Origin: an uncultured Gemmatimonadales bacterium | GTDB lineage: Bacteria; Gemmatimonadota; Gemmatimonadetes; Gemmatimonadales; GWC2-71-9 | Reading direction: 5' to 3' | Length of the DNA: 64,000 nucleotides | NCBI GenBank assembly: GCA_963842945.1 | Contig: CAWJIM010000004.1 | Location: 84,441 to 148,440 of the forward strand | Shown here: positions 1 to 12,586 of the stretch, one piece after another | How positions within the stretch are numbered: the stretch's first letter is position 1 | How the letters are laid out: each line of letters starts with the position of its first letter | Translations under genes and position numbers: made by a program | Notes under the pieces: model-generated | What the model saw: the letters and a program-made list of their open reading frames with translations, nothing else | Told to the model about the DNA's origin: nothing | Databases searched by the model: none

Positions 1-81
1 GAGCCCCTGGCTGCCGGCCAGCACCGTGGTGAGCGCCAGCGTCGCCACGAAGCCCCAGAGCAGCCAGGCTCTCCAGTTCAT
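1..81 (-). CDS. N-terminus of a hypothetical membrane protein, runs off the window edge
   Basis: Reverse strand reads [27 protein letters not shown]; the ATG overlaps the probable GH15 stop (ATGA) and follows a GGAGG RBS. Confidence 0.6.
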   Translation of the reverse strand, partial: MNWRAWLLWGFVATLALTTVLAGSQGL

Positions 82-1968
82 ACCTGGACCTCCTGCGTGC
101 TTCGGCATCCTCCGGCTTCGTCGCGGCACCTGCCGCGGCATCGGCGTCTCGCCCTCCAGCCGCCGGCTGAGGGAGAGCGCCGCGTTGATCAGGCCGACGT
201 GGGTGAAGGCCTGGGGAAAGTTGCCCAGCGCGGCGCCGGTCGCCGGGTCGATCTCCTCGGCGAAGAGCCCGACGTCGTTGGCGTGGCCGCAGAGCCGCTC
301 GAACAGCTGCCGCGCCTCGTCCACGCTGCCGCCTCCGAGTGCGAGGTACTCCACAGCCCAGAAGCTGCAGATGCCGAACGCGCCCTCCCCGGGCGAGACG
401 GGCTCGCCCTCTTTCTCCGGCTCTGATCCGCTGGTAGCGGTAGAGCAGCCCGTCGCCGGCGCCCAGCCGCTCGCGAATCCGCTGGTAGGTCTGCCGCATC
501 CGCTCGGAGGTGGCGGACTCGAAGCCGTACCAGGCGAGCAGCAGCAAGCGTGGCGTCCACCCGGTCGCCCTCCAGCTCGGCGACGTAGCTTTCCAGCGCC
601 GGATTCCAGGCCCGCGCGTCTCGACCTGCCGGCGAATGGCCTCGCGGTTCTCCTCGAACTTCGCCCCGGGCGCCCAGCGCACATGGTCCTTCGCGTGCAG
701 CTGTAGCAGCCGGTCGAGTGCCACCCAGCACAGCACCCGGGAATGGGTATGGTGGGCTCGGCCGGTGCGCGGCTCCCAGATGCCTTCGTCGGGCTCCTCC
801 CAGTGCCGGCAGACGTATTCGCCCCAGGCGCGCAGCACCCGCTGGGTCTCCCGGTCCAGGCTGCCGCCCGCCTGCGACGAAGTGGGTCACGGCGTCGATC
901 ACCTCGCCGTAGACGTCGAGCTGAAGCTGCTCCGCGGCCAGGTTGCCGATCCGGACCGGCCGCGATCCGCGGTGTCCAGCCAGGTGATCCAGCGTGCGCT
1001 CGGCGGGCGGCTTGTTGCCGTAGACGTCGTAGAGCACCCGCAGCTCGGGCCGGGTCAGGCGGGTGGCGTGCAACAGCCAGTTGACGAAGGCGTGGGCCTC
1101 GTCCACGCAACCCAGACCGATCAGCGCGCGCACCGTGAGCGAGGCGTCGCGCAGCCAGCAGAAGCGATAGTCCCAGTTGAGCGGCCCGCCGATCCGCTCG
1201 GGCAGCGAGGTGGTCGGCGCGGCGACCACGGCACCCGAGGGAGCGAAGACCATGAGCTTGAGGGCCAGCGCGCTGCGAATCACCGCCTCGCGGCAGGGGC
1301 CGTCGTAGCGCGACGCTGGAGGCCCAGCTCTGCCACCAGCGCACCGTGCGCTCGAGCGCGGCGCGCGACCACTCACCCAGCGGCGGCAGCACCGCCGGCC
1401 CCTCGGCCGCGAAGGTGAGCGAGGCGTGGGCCGCGCTCCTGCGCAGAGCCGGGCACGGCCCGAACCGTGCCGTCACTGCCGATCTCGGGCGGCAGGTCGG
1501 TCCGCGAACATGAGCAGACCCGCGCCGGTCTCGACCCGAAGCCCCAGCTGTCCGGCCTGGCGCAGGCCGCGGTCGGAGTCCGTAGCCGGGACGCGGCTCG
1601 AACGACCACTCGATCTCCACCTCGCCGCGCTCGCACTCGATCAGCCGGAGGATCTCCCGCTCGGGCAGCAGCAGGCGTTGCTTCTCCTCCTCCGAGGCAC
1701 ACCGGCATCAGATCGGTGAGGACCAGCGTGCCCGCTTCGGTGTTGAACCGGGTCTGGAGCACGTTGGTGTCTTCGATGTAGCGGCGTGCGGTCTGGAAGG
1801 GCGCGGCCGGGGCGATGCGCCAGTGCCCGGCGGAGGGTCGAGGAGCGCCCCGAAGACGGAGGGACTGTCGAACCGCGGCCAGCAGAGCCAGTCGATCGAT
1901 CCGTCGCGCCCCACCAGGGCGACGGACCGGCCATCGCCGATAGCCGCGTAGTCGCCGATGGCGTTCAT
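78..1968 (-). CDS. Glycoside hydrolase family 15 (glucoamylase/trehalase-like), frameshifted
   Basis: Motifs across frames: [87 protein letters not shown]. Confidence 0.9.
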
Positions 1969-2009
1969 CGGGTGTACTTATGGCGCCGAGGTCACGTCGG
2001 AGGGCCGCG

Positions 2010-3663
<1,654 letters not shown>

Positions 3664-3689
3664 CCGATTGGCACACGCGACAGATGAAG

Positions 3690-3785
3690 CGCGTGTGATT
3701 CCTTCGGTTGGCCGGAGTCGCTGGCGAGCGCTGGTGCGGCGACAGCCTCGGCCAGAGCATCCGGCGTCGGGGAGACCTGGATCAT
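3690..3785 (-). pseudogene. pgl: Probable truncated 6-phosphogluconolactonase (N-terminal stub only)
   Basis: ATG coupled to the rpiA stop; MIQVSPTPDALAEAVA resembles the Pgl/DevB N-terminus, similarity ends after about 16 aa. Confidence 0.45.
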
Positions 3786-4480
3786 TGGCGGGTCCGGTGC
3801 TCGATCCCTGCCGGACCGGCGACGATGACGTCGGTCGCCAAGCCGAGGAATAGTCCGTGCGCGACCACGCCGGCCCGGGCCTGCAGCCGGCTGGCCAGCT
3901 CCTCCGGCTGCTCGATCGGCCCGGTGATGCAGTCGAGAATGAAGTTCCCCTGATCGGTGCGGACGGGCGAGGCGCCTGGTCCCATACGAAACGAGATCTG
4001 GGCCTGGGGCAGGAGGCCCCTGAGATACTCGGGCTGGTAGCGCGATCCGAAGGGCACCACCTCGACCGGCAGCGGGCTCCGGGTGCCCAGTACCGGCGAG
4101 AGCTTGCTCTGGTCGGCCACGATCACGACCCGGCGGCTGGTCTGGGCGACGATCTTCTCCCGCAGAAGGGCGCCCCCTCGACCCTTGATGAGATTGAGCG
4201 CGGGATCGATTTCATCGGCGCCGTCGATAGTGATGTCGGTCGGAGTCACGCGCGACTCTTCTAGCAACGGAATCCCCCACCGCACCGCCTCGGCCGCGGT
4301 GCCGAGCGAGGTCGCCACCGCCTCGATGTCCTCGAGGGTGCCTGCCCGGAGCAGCTTGCCGATCCGTCGGATGGCGTAGGTCGCCGTCTCGCCGGTGCCG
4401 AGTCCCACCACCATACCGGACTGGACCAGCTCCACCGCACGCTCAGCCGCCTCCGTCTTGTAGTCGTCCTGCTGGCTCAC
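3782..4480 (-). CDS. rpiA: Ribose-5-phosphate isomerase A
   Basis: VVGLGTG, IDGADE, IKGRGGALLREKI, LPVEV, TDQGNFILD. Confidence 0.96.
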   Translation of the reverse strand: MSQQDDYKTEAAERAVELVQSGMVVGLGTGETATYAIRRIGKLLRAGTLEDIEAVATSLGTAAEAVRWGIPLLEESRVTPTDITIDGADEIDPALNLIKGRGGALLREKIVAQTSRRVVIVADQSKLSPVLGTRSPLPVEVVPFGSRYQPEYLRGLLPQAQISFRMGPGASPVRTDQGNFILDCITGPIEQPEELASRLQARAGVVAHGLFLGLATDVIVAGPAGIEHRTRQ

Positions 4481-4502
4481 GGCAGCACCTCACGTCGCAA
4501 CC

Positions 4503-6635
4503 TCATGACCTGCTGGACCGGGCCCGAGCTAACTGCTGTCTCGCCGCGTTGACCACGTGGTCGGGCTCGAAGCCGAAGTGTTCCGCCACGACCTTCATCG
4601 GTGCGGAGAGCCCGAAGGACCGCATCCCCAGGATGGCGCCGGTGGTTCCGGTGAACTTGGCCCAGCCGAAGGTGGATGCGGCTTCGATCGAGACCCGCGC
4701 CGTGACCTCTGGCGGCAGCACGCTGTCGCGGTACTCCTCCGGTTGCTCATCGAAGATCTCCCACGATGGCAGACTCACTACCCGGGCAAAGATCCCCTCG
4801 GATTGGAGCCGCTCATAGGCAGTGAGACAGAGCGCCACCTCGCTCCCGGTCGCGAGCAGGAGCACGTCGGGCCGCCCCGACGGCGCGTCCGCCAGGACGT
4901 ACCCGCCCCGCGCCACTCCACTCGCCGCCGCGTACTGGGTGCGATCGAACACCGGAAGCGCCTGACGGGAGAGCACCAGGCAGACCGGCCGGTCCCTGAT
5001 TCCCATGATCAGCCGCCAGCTCTCTACCACTTCACTGGCGTCGGCCGGCCGGAGCACGATCATGCCCGGCATGGCGCGGAGTGAAGCGAGGTGCTCGATC
5101 GGCTGATGGGTCGGCCCATCCTCGCCCAGGTTGATCGAGTCGTGGGTCCAGATGAAGATCGACGGCACTTCCATCAATGCGCTGAGCCGAAGCGCGCCGC
5201 GGCAGTAGTCGCTGAACACCAGGAAGCTGGAGCCATAGGACCGGAGCCCCGACAGGGCCATGCCGTTCACGAAGGCGCACATCGCGTGCTCGCGGACCCC
5301 GAAATGAAAGTTTCGTCCGGCGTAGCTCCCGTCGTATTCCGGTGGCTCGAAGTCGCCCGCGCCCTCGAAGGTCAGGAGCGTCTTGGTGGAAGGCCAGAGA
5401 TCGGCCGACCCGCCCAGCAGCCAGGGAACCCGGCGCGCGATGGCGTTCTGCGCCTTGGCCGACGCGTCCCGGCCGGCCACGCCCTTGGAGTCGGGAAGAA
5501 ATACCGGAAGGTCCTGGTCCCAGTCGGGGGGCAGCGTGTGTCTCGGCATGCAGTCGACGTGGAGACCGGCAGCGGGGAACTTCTTCTGGTACGCCGCGAC
5601 CAGCTGGTTCCACGCCGCGTGCGCCTCCCTGCCCCGGCGGCCGAGCTCGGCATGAAAGTGCTGGCGCACCCGGTCGGGAACCAGGAACTGGGCGTCCGGA
5701 TCCCAGCCGTAGAACTCTTTGGCCAGACGAACCTCATCGGCGCCGAGCGGCTCGCCGTGGGCTTCCTTGGTATCCTGCCGGTTGGGAGCGCCGTAGCCGA
5801 TGTGGCTGTCCACGATGATCAGCGTGGGACGGTCGCGGGTGGCGAGAAAGGTGTCGAACGCGTGGGTCAGCAGGTCGAGGTCGTTGACGTCGCCCACCCG
5901 GAGCACGTTCCAGTCGTAGGCCAGGAACCGGCCGGCGACATCCTCGGTGAAGGTGATTGAGGTCGAACCCTCGATGCTGATCCGGTTGTTGTCGTAGATC
6001 CAGCAGAGATTGGAGAGCCGAAGATGGCCGGCGAGTGAGGCCGCCTCGGAGCCGAGCCCCTCCATCATGTCGCCGTCGCCGCAGAAGACATACACGTTGT
6101 AATCGAACAGGTCGAAGCCGGGATGGTTGTACGTGGCCCCCAGCCAGCGGCCGGCCGCCGCCATGCCCACGCTCATCCCGATTCCCTGTCCCAGTGGACC
6201 GGTAGTCGCCTCCACGCCGGAGGTCCAGCCGTACTCGGGATGACCGGGACAGCGGCTACCCGCCTGGCGGAAGTTCTTGATGTCGTCCAGCGTGACCGCC
6301 AGTCGCCCCTGCCCCACCTCCTCGTACGACTCATTCACCGCCTTCACCTCAGCCAGGTGGAGCAGACTGTACAGCAACATCGAGGCGTGGCCGTTGGAGA
6401 GGACGAAGCGGTCGCGGTTGGGCCAGCGGGGATCGTCGGGATCGTAGCGAAGAAACCGCTGCCACAGGGTGTACGCGGCCGGTGCCAGCGCCATCGGAGT
6501 GCCCGGATGACCGGACTTCGCCGCTTGCACCGCATCCATCGAAAGCGTCCGGATGGTGTTGATGCAGAGCCGGTCCAGCTCCGCCCAATCCATCGTGCCT
6601 GCGGCGGTGTCCGGCGCGGTTCGGGTCGAGGTCAT
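4503..6635 (-). CDS. tkt: Transketolase
   Basis: CINTIRTLSMDAVQAAKSGHPG, NRDRFVLSNGH, TPP motif GDGDMMEG, FGVREHAM, GEDGPTHQP; start MTSTRT overlaps the tal stop. Confidence 0.97.
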   Translation of the reverse strand: MTSTRTAPDTAAGTMDWAELDRLCINTIRTLSMDAVQAAKSGHPGTPMALAPAAYTLWQRFLRYDPDDPRWPNRDRFVLSNGHASMLLYSLLHLAEVKAVNESYEEVGQGRLAVTLDDIKNFRQAGSRCPGHPEYGWTSGVEATTGPLGQGIGMSVGMAAAGRWLGATYNHPGFDLFDYNVYVFCGDGDMMEGLGSEAASLAGHLRLSNLCWIYDNNRISIEGSTSITFTEDVAGRFLAYDWNVLRVGDVNDLDLLTHAFDTFLATRDRPTLIIVDSHIGYGAPNRQDTKEAHGEPLGADEVRLAKEFYGWDPDAQFLVPDRVRQHFHAELGRRGREAHAAWNQLVAAYQKKFPAAGLHVDCMPRHTLPPDWDQDLPVFLPDSKGVAGRDASAKAQNAIARRVPWLLGGSADLWPSTKTLLTFEGAGDFEPPEYDGSYAGRNFHFGVREHAMCAFVNGMALSGLRSYGSSFLVFSDYCRGALRLSALMEVPSIFIWTHDSINLGEDGPTHQPIEHLASLRAMPGMIVLRPADASEVVESWRLIMGIRDRPVCLVLSRQALPVFDRTQYAAASGVARGGYVLADAPSGRPDVLLLATGSEVALCLTAYERLQSEGIFARVVSLPSWEIFDEQPEEYRDSVLPPEVTARVSIEAASTFGWAKFTGTTGAILGMRSFGLSAPMKVVAEHFGFEPDHVVNAARQQLARARSSRS

Positions 6636-7718
6636 GTTGCCGCCAGCGCCTCCGACTTGGCCGCGATCCGCTCCAGCAGCGCGTTCCACGACTTCACGAA
6701 CGCCTCGGCTCCTTCGCGCTGCAGCTGCTCCGCCAGCGCGGCTACATCGATTCCGGCGCGCTCGAACTCGGCGATCACTGACTCGGCGTCGCCCCCATCC
6801 TCCGGCATGACTCCCTGAATCCTGCCGTGATCGGCCAAGGCGAGCAGGGTGGCGTCCGGCATGGTGTTGATGGTGTCGGGCGCAGCGAGGGCCTCGATGT
6901 ACAGCACGTCCGAGGCCCCGGGGTCCTTGGTCCCGGTGCTGGCCCAGAGCAGCCGCTGGTGCCGGGCACCGGCGCTGGCCAGGCACTCGGAGTGATGCGA
7001 GGCGAGCAGCTCGCGATACGCCCGATAGGTCCGGCCCGCGATCGCGATTCCCAGCCGGTTCCTGAGTCCGGCCGGGGCCCGCTCCTGCACCGCCTTGTCC
7101 CACCGGCTGATGAATACCGAGGCAACGGAGACGACGTCGGGGTTCAGGCCCTTCTCGATCCGGCGCTCGACCCCGCGTTGATAGGCTCGGGCGGCGGCGA
7201 GGTACTGCTCGGCGGAAAAGAGCAGGGTGACGTTGATCGGGATGCCGGCGAAGATCGCCTCCTCGATGGCGGGGAGTCCCTCCGGCGTGCCCGGAATCTT
7301 GATGAAGACGTTGGGCCGTTCGATCTGCCGGTGGAGCGTCTTGACCTCGTCCAGGGTACGCCGAGTGTCATGCGCCAAGATCGGCGACACCTCGAGCGAG
7401 ACCCAGCCGTCGAGATGGTTGGTCCGCTGATGGACCGGCCGGAAGAGATCGGCGGCCTGGGTGAGGTCCGCCGCCGCGAGAGCGAAGAAGAGCTGGTCGC
7501 CGGAGAGGCCGGCTGCGCTCAGTTCCTGGATTCGCGCATTGTACCAGTCGCCGCTGCCGATGGCGTGATCGTAGATGGTCGGATTGGAGGTGAGCCCGGT
7601 GACGGACAGCTCGCCGATGTAGTGCTTGAGCGTGCCCTTCTTCAGGATTTCCCGGGTGATATTGTCGAGCCAGAGGCTCTGGCCCAGATGCGCTGAGCTG
7701 TTGAGTGGGATTGGTCAT
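6632..7718 (-). CDS. tal: Transaldolase, frameshifted
   Basis: LWLDNITR, VTGLTSNPTI, VSLEVSP, IKIPGT, INVTLLFS, LLWASTGTK, INTMP. Confidence 0.93.
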
Positions 7719-8423
7719 ACTTTCTTCCCTTCGGTCAGCGCGGTGGTCGCGCCGAGCAAGCGTGGGTAGGTCGTACTGCAGGAGATCACCGATCCGATCG
7801 AGAGTCACATCGGCCGGCGGATAGTTGGCGAGAATGTCGGGGTCGTGGGCGTAGTGGCCCTGGCGGACGAAGACGGTGGTGAGCCGCGACCCCCAAACCT
7901 GCTTCACCGCGGCCAGAATGTGGAGCTTGTCGTCGACCAGGACGTAGTGCTCCGCGGGGAAGCGGGCGGCGACGTCGTCCAGCTCCCTTTCCTTATGTAT
8001 ATAGACCAGAATCCGGCCCTCGACCGCGTCGCCCAGCCCCGAACGCTCGATCTTGCGGGGCTGGAACACCACATCACCATCGGTGAGGATCACGGTCGGG
8101 CCGAACTCAGCGAACCGCTCCAGCACGTCGAGCGAGCCGGGGAAGAGCCGGTTGGCAAAGGGATAATTCACCAGATAGGAGGAGATGGCGAGCAGGCAGG
8201 GATCCGGCGGATACGCGATCCGGTAGCGCTGCAGCGCACCGAGATAGTCGGCGTAGCCCAGCTCCTGGCGCAACTCCTCGAAGATCCTGAAGTAGTGCTC
8301 GGTGGAGGCGGCGCCGATCGCGCGGATCAGGTATCGCCGGAGATCGGCGATCACCCGGTCGTTGTCGAGCAGGGTGTTGTCGACATCGAACAGGAAGACG
8401 ATCTCGCTACGCATCGAATCCAT
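7715..8423 (-). CDS. HAD-family hydrolase
   Basis: Motif I FLFDVDNTLLD, TDGD, VDDK; a probable frameshift near the 3' end gives an ATGA overlap with tal. Confidence 0.85.
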
Positions 8424-8460
8424 CGATCACCGCCTCGCTAATCACCGACCTTCGGGATTT

Positions 8461-8606
8461 GGCGACTGGCGTGGGCTCCTCCGGGCGCTGTAGCACTCGT
8501 CGGTCGGAGCCCGGGGCACACCGGAACTCCTGTAGGCCTCCTGAGATGCAGCCCCGGTCTCCTCCCCTCGTGCTAACGCGCCCTGCGGAGCCCATCGCCA
8601 GTCGCC
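8461..8606. repeat. Rod-like palindromic element, copy 1 (~146 bp)
   Basis: Ends GGCGACTGGCG-TGGGCTCC / GGAGCCCATCGCCAGTCGCC pair; inner stems GGGCGC/GCGCCC, TAGCAC/GTGCTA, CCGGGGC/GCCCCGG. Confidence 0.8.
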
Positions 8607-8664
8607 GCCCACCTGTGGCTCTCGGGAGAGCAATCTGGGAGTCACCTTGTAGAGCCTTTTGCAT

Positions 8665-8808
8665 CGGCGAAGGGGACTGCTCCGAAGGGGCGCGTCAGCA
8701 CGCGGGGAGGAGACCGGGGATTAAGGTCACGGAGCTGATACCGGCATGAAGCCCCTGGGCTCCGACCGTCGCGTGGTGCAGCGCTCCGGAGGAGCAGCCC
8801 CTTCGCCG
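8665..8808. repeat. Rod-like palindromic element, copy 2, inverted relative to copy 1
   Basis: Reverse complement aligns with 8461-8606; own termini GGCGAAGGGGACTGCTCC / GGAGCAGCCCCTTCGCC pair. Confidence 0.8.
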
Positions 8809-8823
8809 GTTCACCGCAGATCC

Positions 8824-10219
8824 TCACGCGCACGCCCAATCCTGCTCGGGATTAAACCACCCGCTTCCGTTGCTGAGCAGGCGATCGGCTTCAGCCGGTC
8901 CCCAGGTGCCGCTCTCGTACTGGTAGAGTGGAGTCGCGTTGCCCAGCACCGGCTCCACCACGCGCCACGCCTCATCCACCGAGTCCTCCCGGGCAAAGAG
9001 CATCTGGTCTCCCCGCATCGCGTCGCTCAGCAGCCGCTCGTAGGGCTTCATCTCGTCTTTCCGGTCGTGGCAGGCGGTCAGCTCCACGTCCTCTCCCCGC
9101 ATAGTTTCGCCCGGCAGCTTGGCACGGGCACCGAGGGAGAGCACCACGTGCGGGCTGAGCCGGAAACGGAAGCGGTTGGGCGGGGCTTGGGCGCAGTCGG
9201 GGAACAGCATCACCGGCGGGCGCTTGAGCTCGACCAGTACCTCCGTGGCCGTGACCGGCAGACACTTTCCGGCGCGGATGTAGAAGGGCACGCCGGCCCA
9301 GCGCCAGGAATCGATCTGGAGCCGCACCGCGGTGAAGGTTTCCACCGTGGAATCGGGCGCCACTCCTTCTTCCTTCCGATAGCCGATGAACTGTCCCCGC
9401 ACCACGTCGCCTGGCTCCAGCGGGCGCATTGAGCGGAACGCCTGGGCCTTCTCGTCCCGCACCGCCTCGACGCCCCGGGTGGAAGGAGCCTCCATCGCGA
9501 GCAGGCTGGCCACCTGGAGCAGGTGGTTCTGCACCACATCGCGAATCGCTCCGGCCTCCTCGTAGAACTTGCCGCGTCCTTCCACCCCGAACTTCTCCGC
9601 CATGGTGATCTGGACCCGCTCGACATAGTTGCGGTTCCAGATCGGCTCCAGGAAGCTGTTGGCGAACCGGTAGTAGAGCAGGTTCTGCACCGGCTCCTTG
9701 CCCAGGTAGTGATCGATCCGGAAGATCGAAGATTCGGGAAAGTTCTGGTGCAGCGTCGCGTTGAGCTCCTGGGCCGAGGCGAGGTCGCGGCCGAACGGCT
9801 TCTCCACCACCACCCGAGCGTCGGCTGCGATGCCGACCCGGGCCAGACCGGAGACCACGGTGGGAAAGAGACTGGGCGGGATCGCCAGATAGAAGAGCGG
9901 GCGCCGGCAGCCACCCAGCGCATCGCGGAGCCGATCGTAGGTGCCGGGGTCCTGGTAGTCACCACCGACAAATCGGAGCAGCCCACAGAGCTTCTGAAAC
10001 ACGGCCGGGTCGAAGCTGCCGTGCTGCTCCACACTCTCGCGCGCCCGTTTCCCGCAGCTGCTCCAGGTTGTACTCGGAGCGGGCGACGCCGAGGACCGGC
10101 ACGCTCAGGTGTTTGTGGCGGACCATCGCCTGCAGTGCGGGAAAGATCTGCTTGAAGGCGAGGTCGCCGGTGACGCCGAAGACGACGAGTGCGTCGGAGG
10201 GAGCGGGGAGTTGCGCCAT
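8824..10219 (-). CDS. zwf: Glucose-6-phosphate dehydrogenase, frameshifted near the N-terminus
   Basis: [44 protein letters not shown]. Confidence 0.96.
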
Positions 10220-10228
10220 CGTGAGATC

Positions 10229-11244
10229 CTAGCCGGGGCCCTTCTCCTGGTGGCCGCCGAACTGGTAGCGAAGGGCGGAGAGGATCTGATTGGCAAAGTC
10301 GCCCTCCCCCGGGAGCTGAAGCGCTGAAACAGGGCTGCGCTCAGCACCGGAGCGGGAACCGATTCATCAATGGCGGCGGCGATGGTCCAGCGCCCCTCGC
10401 CCGAGTCGGAGACCCGACCGGCAAAGTTGGCCAGGTCGGGACTCTCGTGCAGGGCGCGGGCGGTGAGATCGAGCAGCCAGGAGCTGATCACGCTGCCGCG
10501 GCGCCAGAGCTCGGCGATCTCCCCCAGATCCATTTGATACTGGTAATGCTCGGCGTGACGCAGCGGCGTGGTCTCGGCATCGGCTTCCTGGCTGTGGAGG
10601 CCGGCGCCGGCGTGGTGCAGGATGTTGAGACCTTCGGCATACGCGGCCATCAGGCCGTACTCGATCCCGTTGTGCACCATCTTCACGAAGTGCCCGGCCC
10701 CGGCAGGGCCGCAATGGAGATAGCCTCGCTCGGCGGTGCCCTTACCGGCCTTGCGCCCCGGAGTGGGGGCTGCTGCGTCCATACCGGGAGCCAGCGTCGC
10801 GAACACGGGATCGAGTCGCTTCACCACGTCCGGCTCACCGCCGATCATCAGGCAATATCCCCGCTCCAGTCCGAAGACGCCGCCGCTGGTGCCCACGTCT
10901 ACATAATGAACGCCCTTCCCTTTCAGTTCCGCGGCTCGCCGGATGTCGTCGTGGTAATAGGAGTTGCCGCCGTCGACCACGATGTCGCCCGAGGCGAGCA
11001 GCGACGAGAGATCCGTCAGGGTCTGATCCACCAGCGCCGCCGGCACCATGAGCCAGACCAATCGGGGTGGCCGGAGCGCCTTGACGAAGGCGGCCAGTGA
11101 ATCGGAGCCCGTGGCACCCTCGCCGGCCAGCGCCTTCACCGCCGGCGGGTTGACGTCGTAGACCACGCACTCGTGTCCGGCGCGCATCAGCCGGCGAACC
11201 ATGTTGCCGCCCATCCGTCCCAGCCCGATCATCCCTAGTTGCAT
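10229..11244 (-). CDS. gnd: 6-phosphogluconate dehydrogenase, decarboxylating (short type)
   Basis: MQLGMIGLGRMG, DGGNS, GAGHFVKMVHNGIEY, DSGEGRWT, LRYQFGGH in a shifted frame before TAG at 10229. Confidence 0.94.
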
Positions 11245-11266
11245 ACTGTGAATGTACTGGGAATTT

Positions 11267-11411
11267 GGTAAGCGGTGAGCGGTGAGCGGTGAGCGGGCGT
11301 ACAGGTTGGCATTGTCATTCTGAGCACAGCGTTGTCACTCTGAGCGAAGCGAAACATCCCTTCCGCCTGGACACGGACCTCCCGCTTACCGCTCACCGCT
11401 TACCGCTCACC
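11267..11411. repeat. Inverted heptamer arrays (GCGGTRA)n / (TYACCGC)n enclosing REP-like half-sites
   Basis: gtaagcggtgagcggtgagcggtgagcgg ... tgtcactctgagcgaagcgaa ... cttaccgctcaccgcttaccgctcacc. Confidence 0.7.
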
Positions 11412-12447
11412 AGGTTCAGCCCCCGGAGCGCGGCGCCGAGAAGCGCGGCCTCGAGCGCGACGACAGAGACCGGCATCCGTCCGAGCAGCTCGGCCATCCG
11501 TCCCTTGGCCGTGAACGCGCTGAGGAACCGGCCGTCCCGGAGCGCGGGGAGAATCCGGGGAGGAATCCCGCCGGCCAGATAGACCCCACCCAGGCTCAGC
11601 ACCTTGAGGGCGAGGTCCCCGGCCTCGGCGCCGAGGATGGAGACGAAGAGCCCGAGGGCGGCGTGGCTCAGCGGGTCGGGATTGGGTCGCAGCGCGGCGC
11701 CGCTGATCAGCGCCGGCGCGTGCTCCACGGCGGCAAGGGCGCGGCCCATCTCGGGCGACTCCGGGGCGTAGCTCGAGTCTCGCGAGATATTGATATACGT
11801 TGAGGAGGCCGGGTCCGGAACAGACCCGCTCCACACTGACGTGATCGAACCTGCGCTTGAGGTAGGCGAGCAGCCCGGCCTCGAGCTCGTCCCGGGGCGC
11901 GAAGCTCGCGTGGCCGCCCTCGGAGGGAAAGGCGCGGTAGCGGGTCCCGTCATGTATAAGGAAGGCCTCGCCCAGCCCGGTGCCGGAAGCCACTACCGCG
12001 ATGGCGCCGCCGGCGACCGGCTCACCGGGGTTGAGACTGACGAGCTCGGACGATGCCGAGACTGGGCACCGCCTCGGCGATGGCCTCCAGGTCGTTCATC
12101 AGATGCACCGACGGGAGGCTCAGCTCCGCGGCGAGCCCGGTTTCACTGAGATCCCACGACAAGTTCGTGACCCGAGCCGAGCCGCTGATCACCGGTCCCG
12201 CCACGCCGAAGGAGGCGCCGTCGACGGTGAGACCGCTACCGGTGAGGAACTCGCGGACCATCACCGAGAGGGAGCGGTACTTGGCGCTGGGAAACCGGCA
12301 GGAGGCCAGCGGCGAGCGGGGGCCCTGCTCGGGGGAGTATACCGCCAGGGCGGTCTTGGTTCCGCCGACGTCGCCGGCCAGGAGGAGGCCGGTCCGCCCA
12401 GCCCGGGGGCGGGAGGGAGCCCGGGTGTCGTCCAACGAAGAAGCCAT
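11393..12447 (-). CDS. glk: Glucokinase, frameshifted
   Basis: LAGDVGGTKT, GVAGPV, LMNDLEA, GTGLGEA, SEGGH, VSVERVCSGPG, GGVYLAGGI. Confidence 0.93.
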
Positions 12448-12549
12448 TAATGGGAATGTAGCTCCACCGAATGGCTGAGCGCTGGCGGCCCTGGCGGATT
12501 ATGCCGCGGCGCAGTCGCTATCCGGGCTGGTATTTCGTTACAAAGATGC

Positions 12550-12565
12550 TGTACACTCTTGTCCA
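12550..12565. promoter_or_regulatory. Possible TetR operator in the divergent glk/TetR gap
   Basis: Imperfect palindrome TGTACA-N4-TGTCCA about 20 bp before the TetR start. Confidence 0.35.
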
Positions 12566-12586
12566 ACCCTGATCCCGAGTGAAGCC

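Noticed and set aside
4503..7103. 866-aa transketolase with a long N-terminal extension
   Set aside because: The extension is an alternative frame of the transaldolase gene; the real start is 6635.
8770..8808. SRP RNA or 6S RNA call for the rod-like elements
   Set aside because: CCGGAGGAGCAGC only loosely resembles SRP domain IV, no 6S-type central bubble could be verified, and two inverted copies fit neither.
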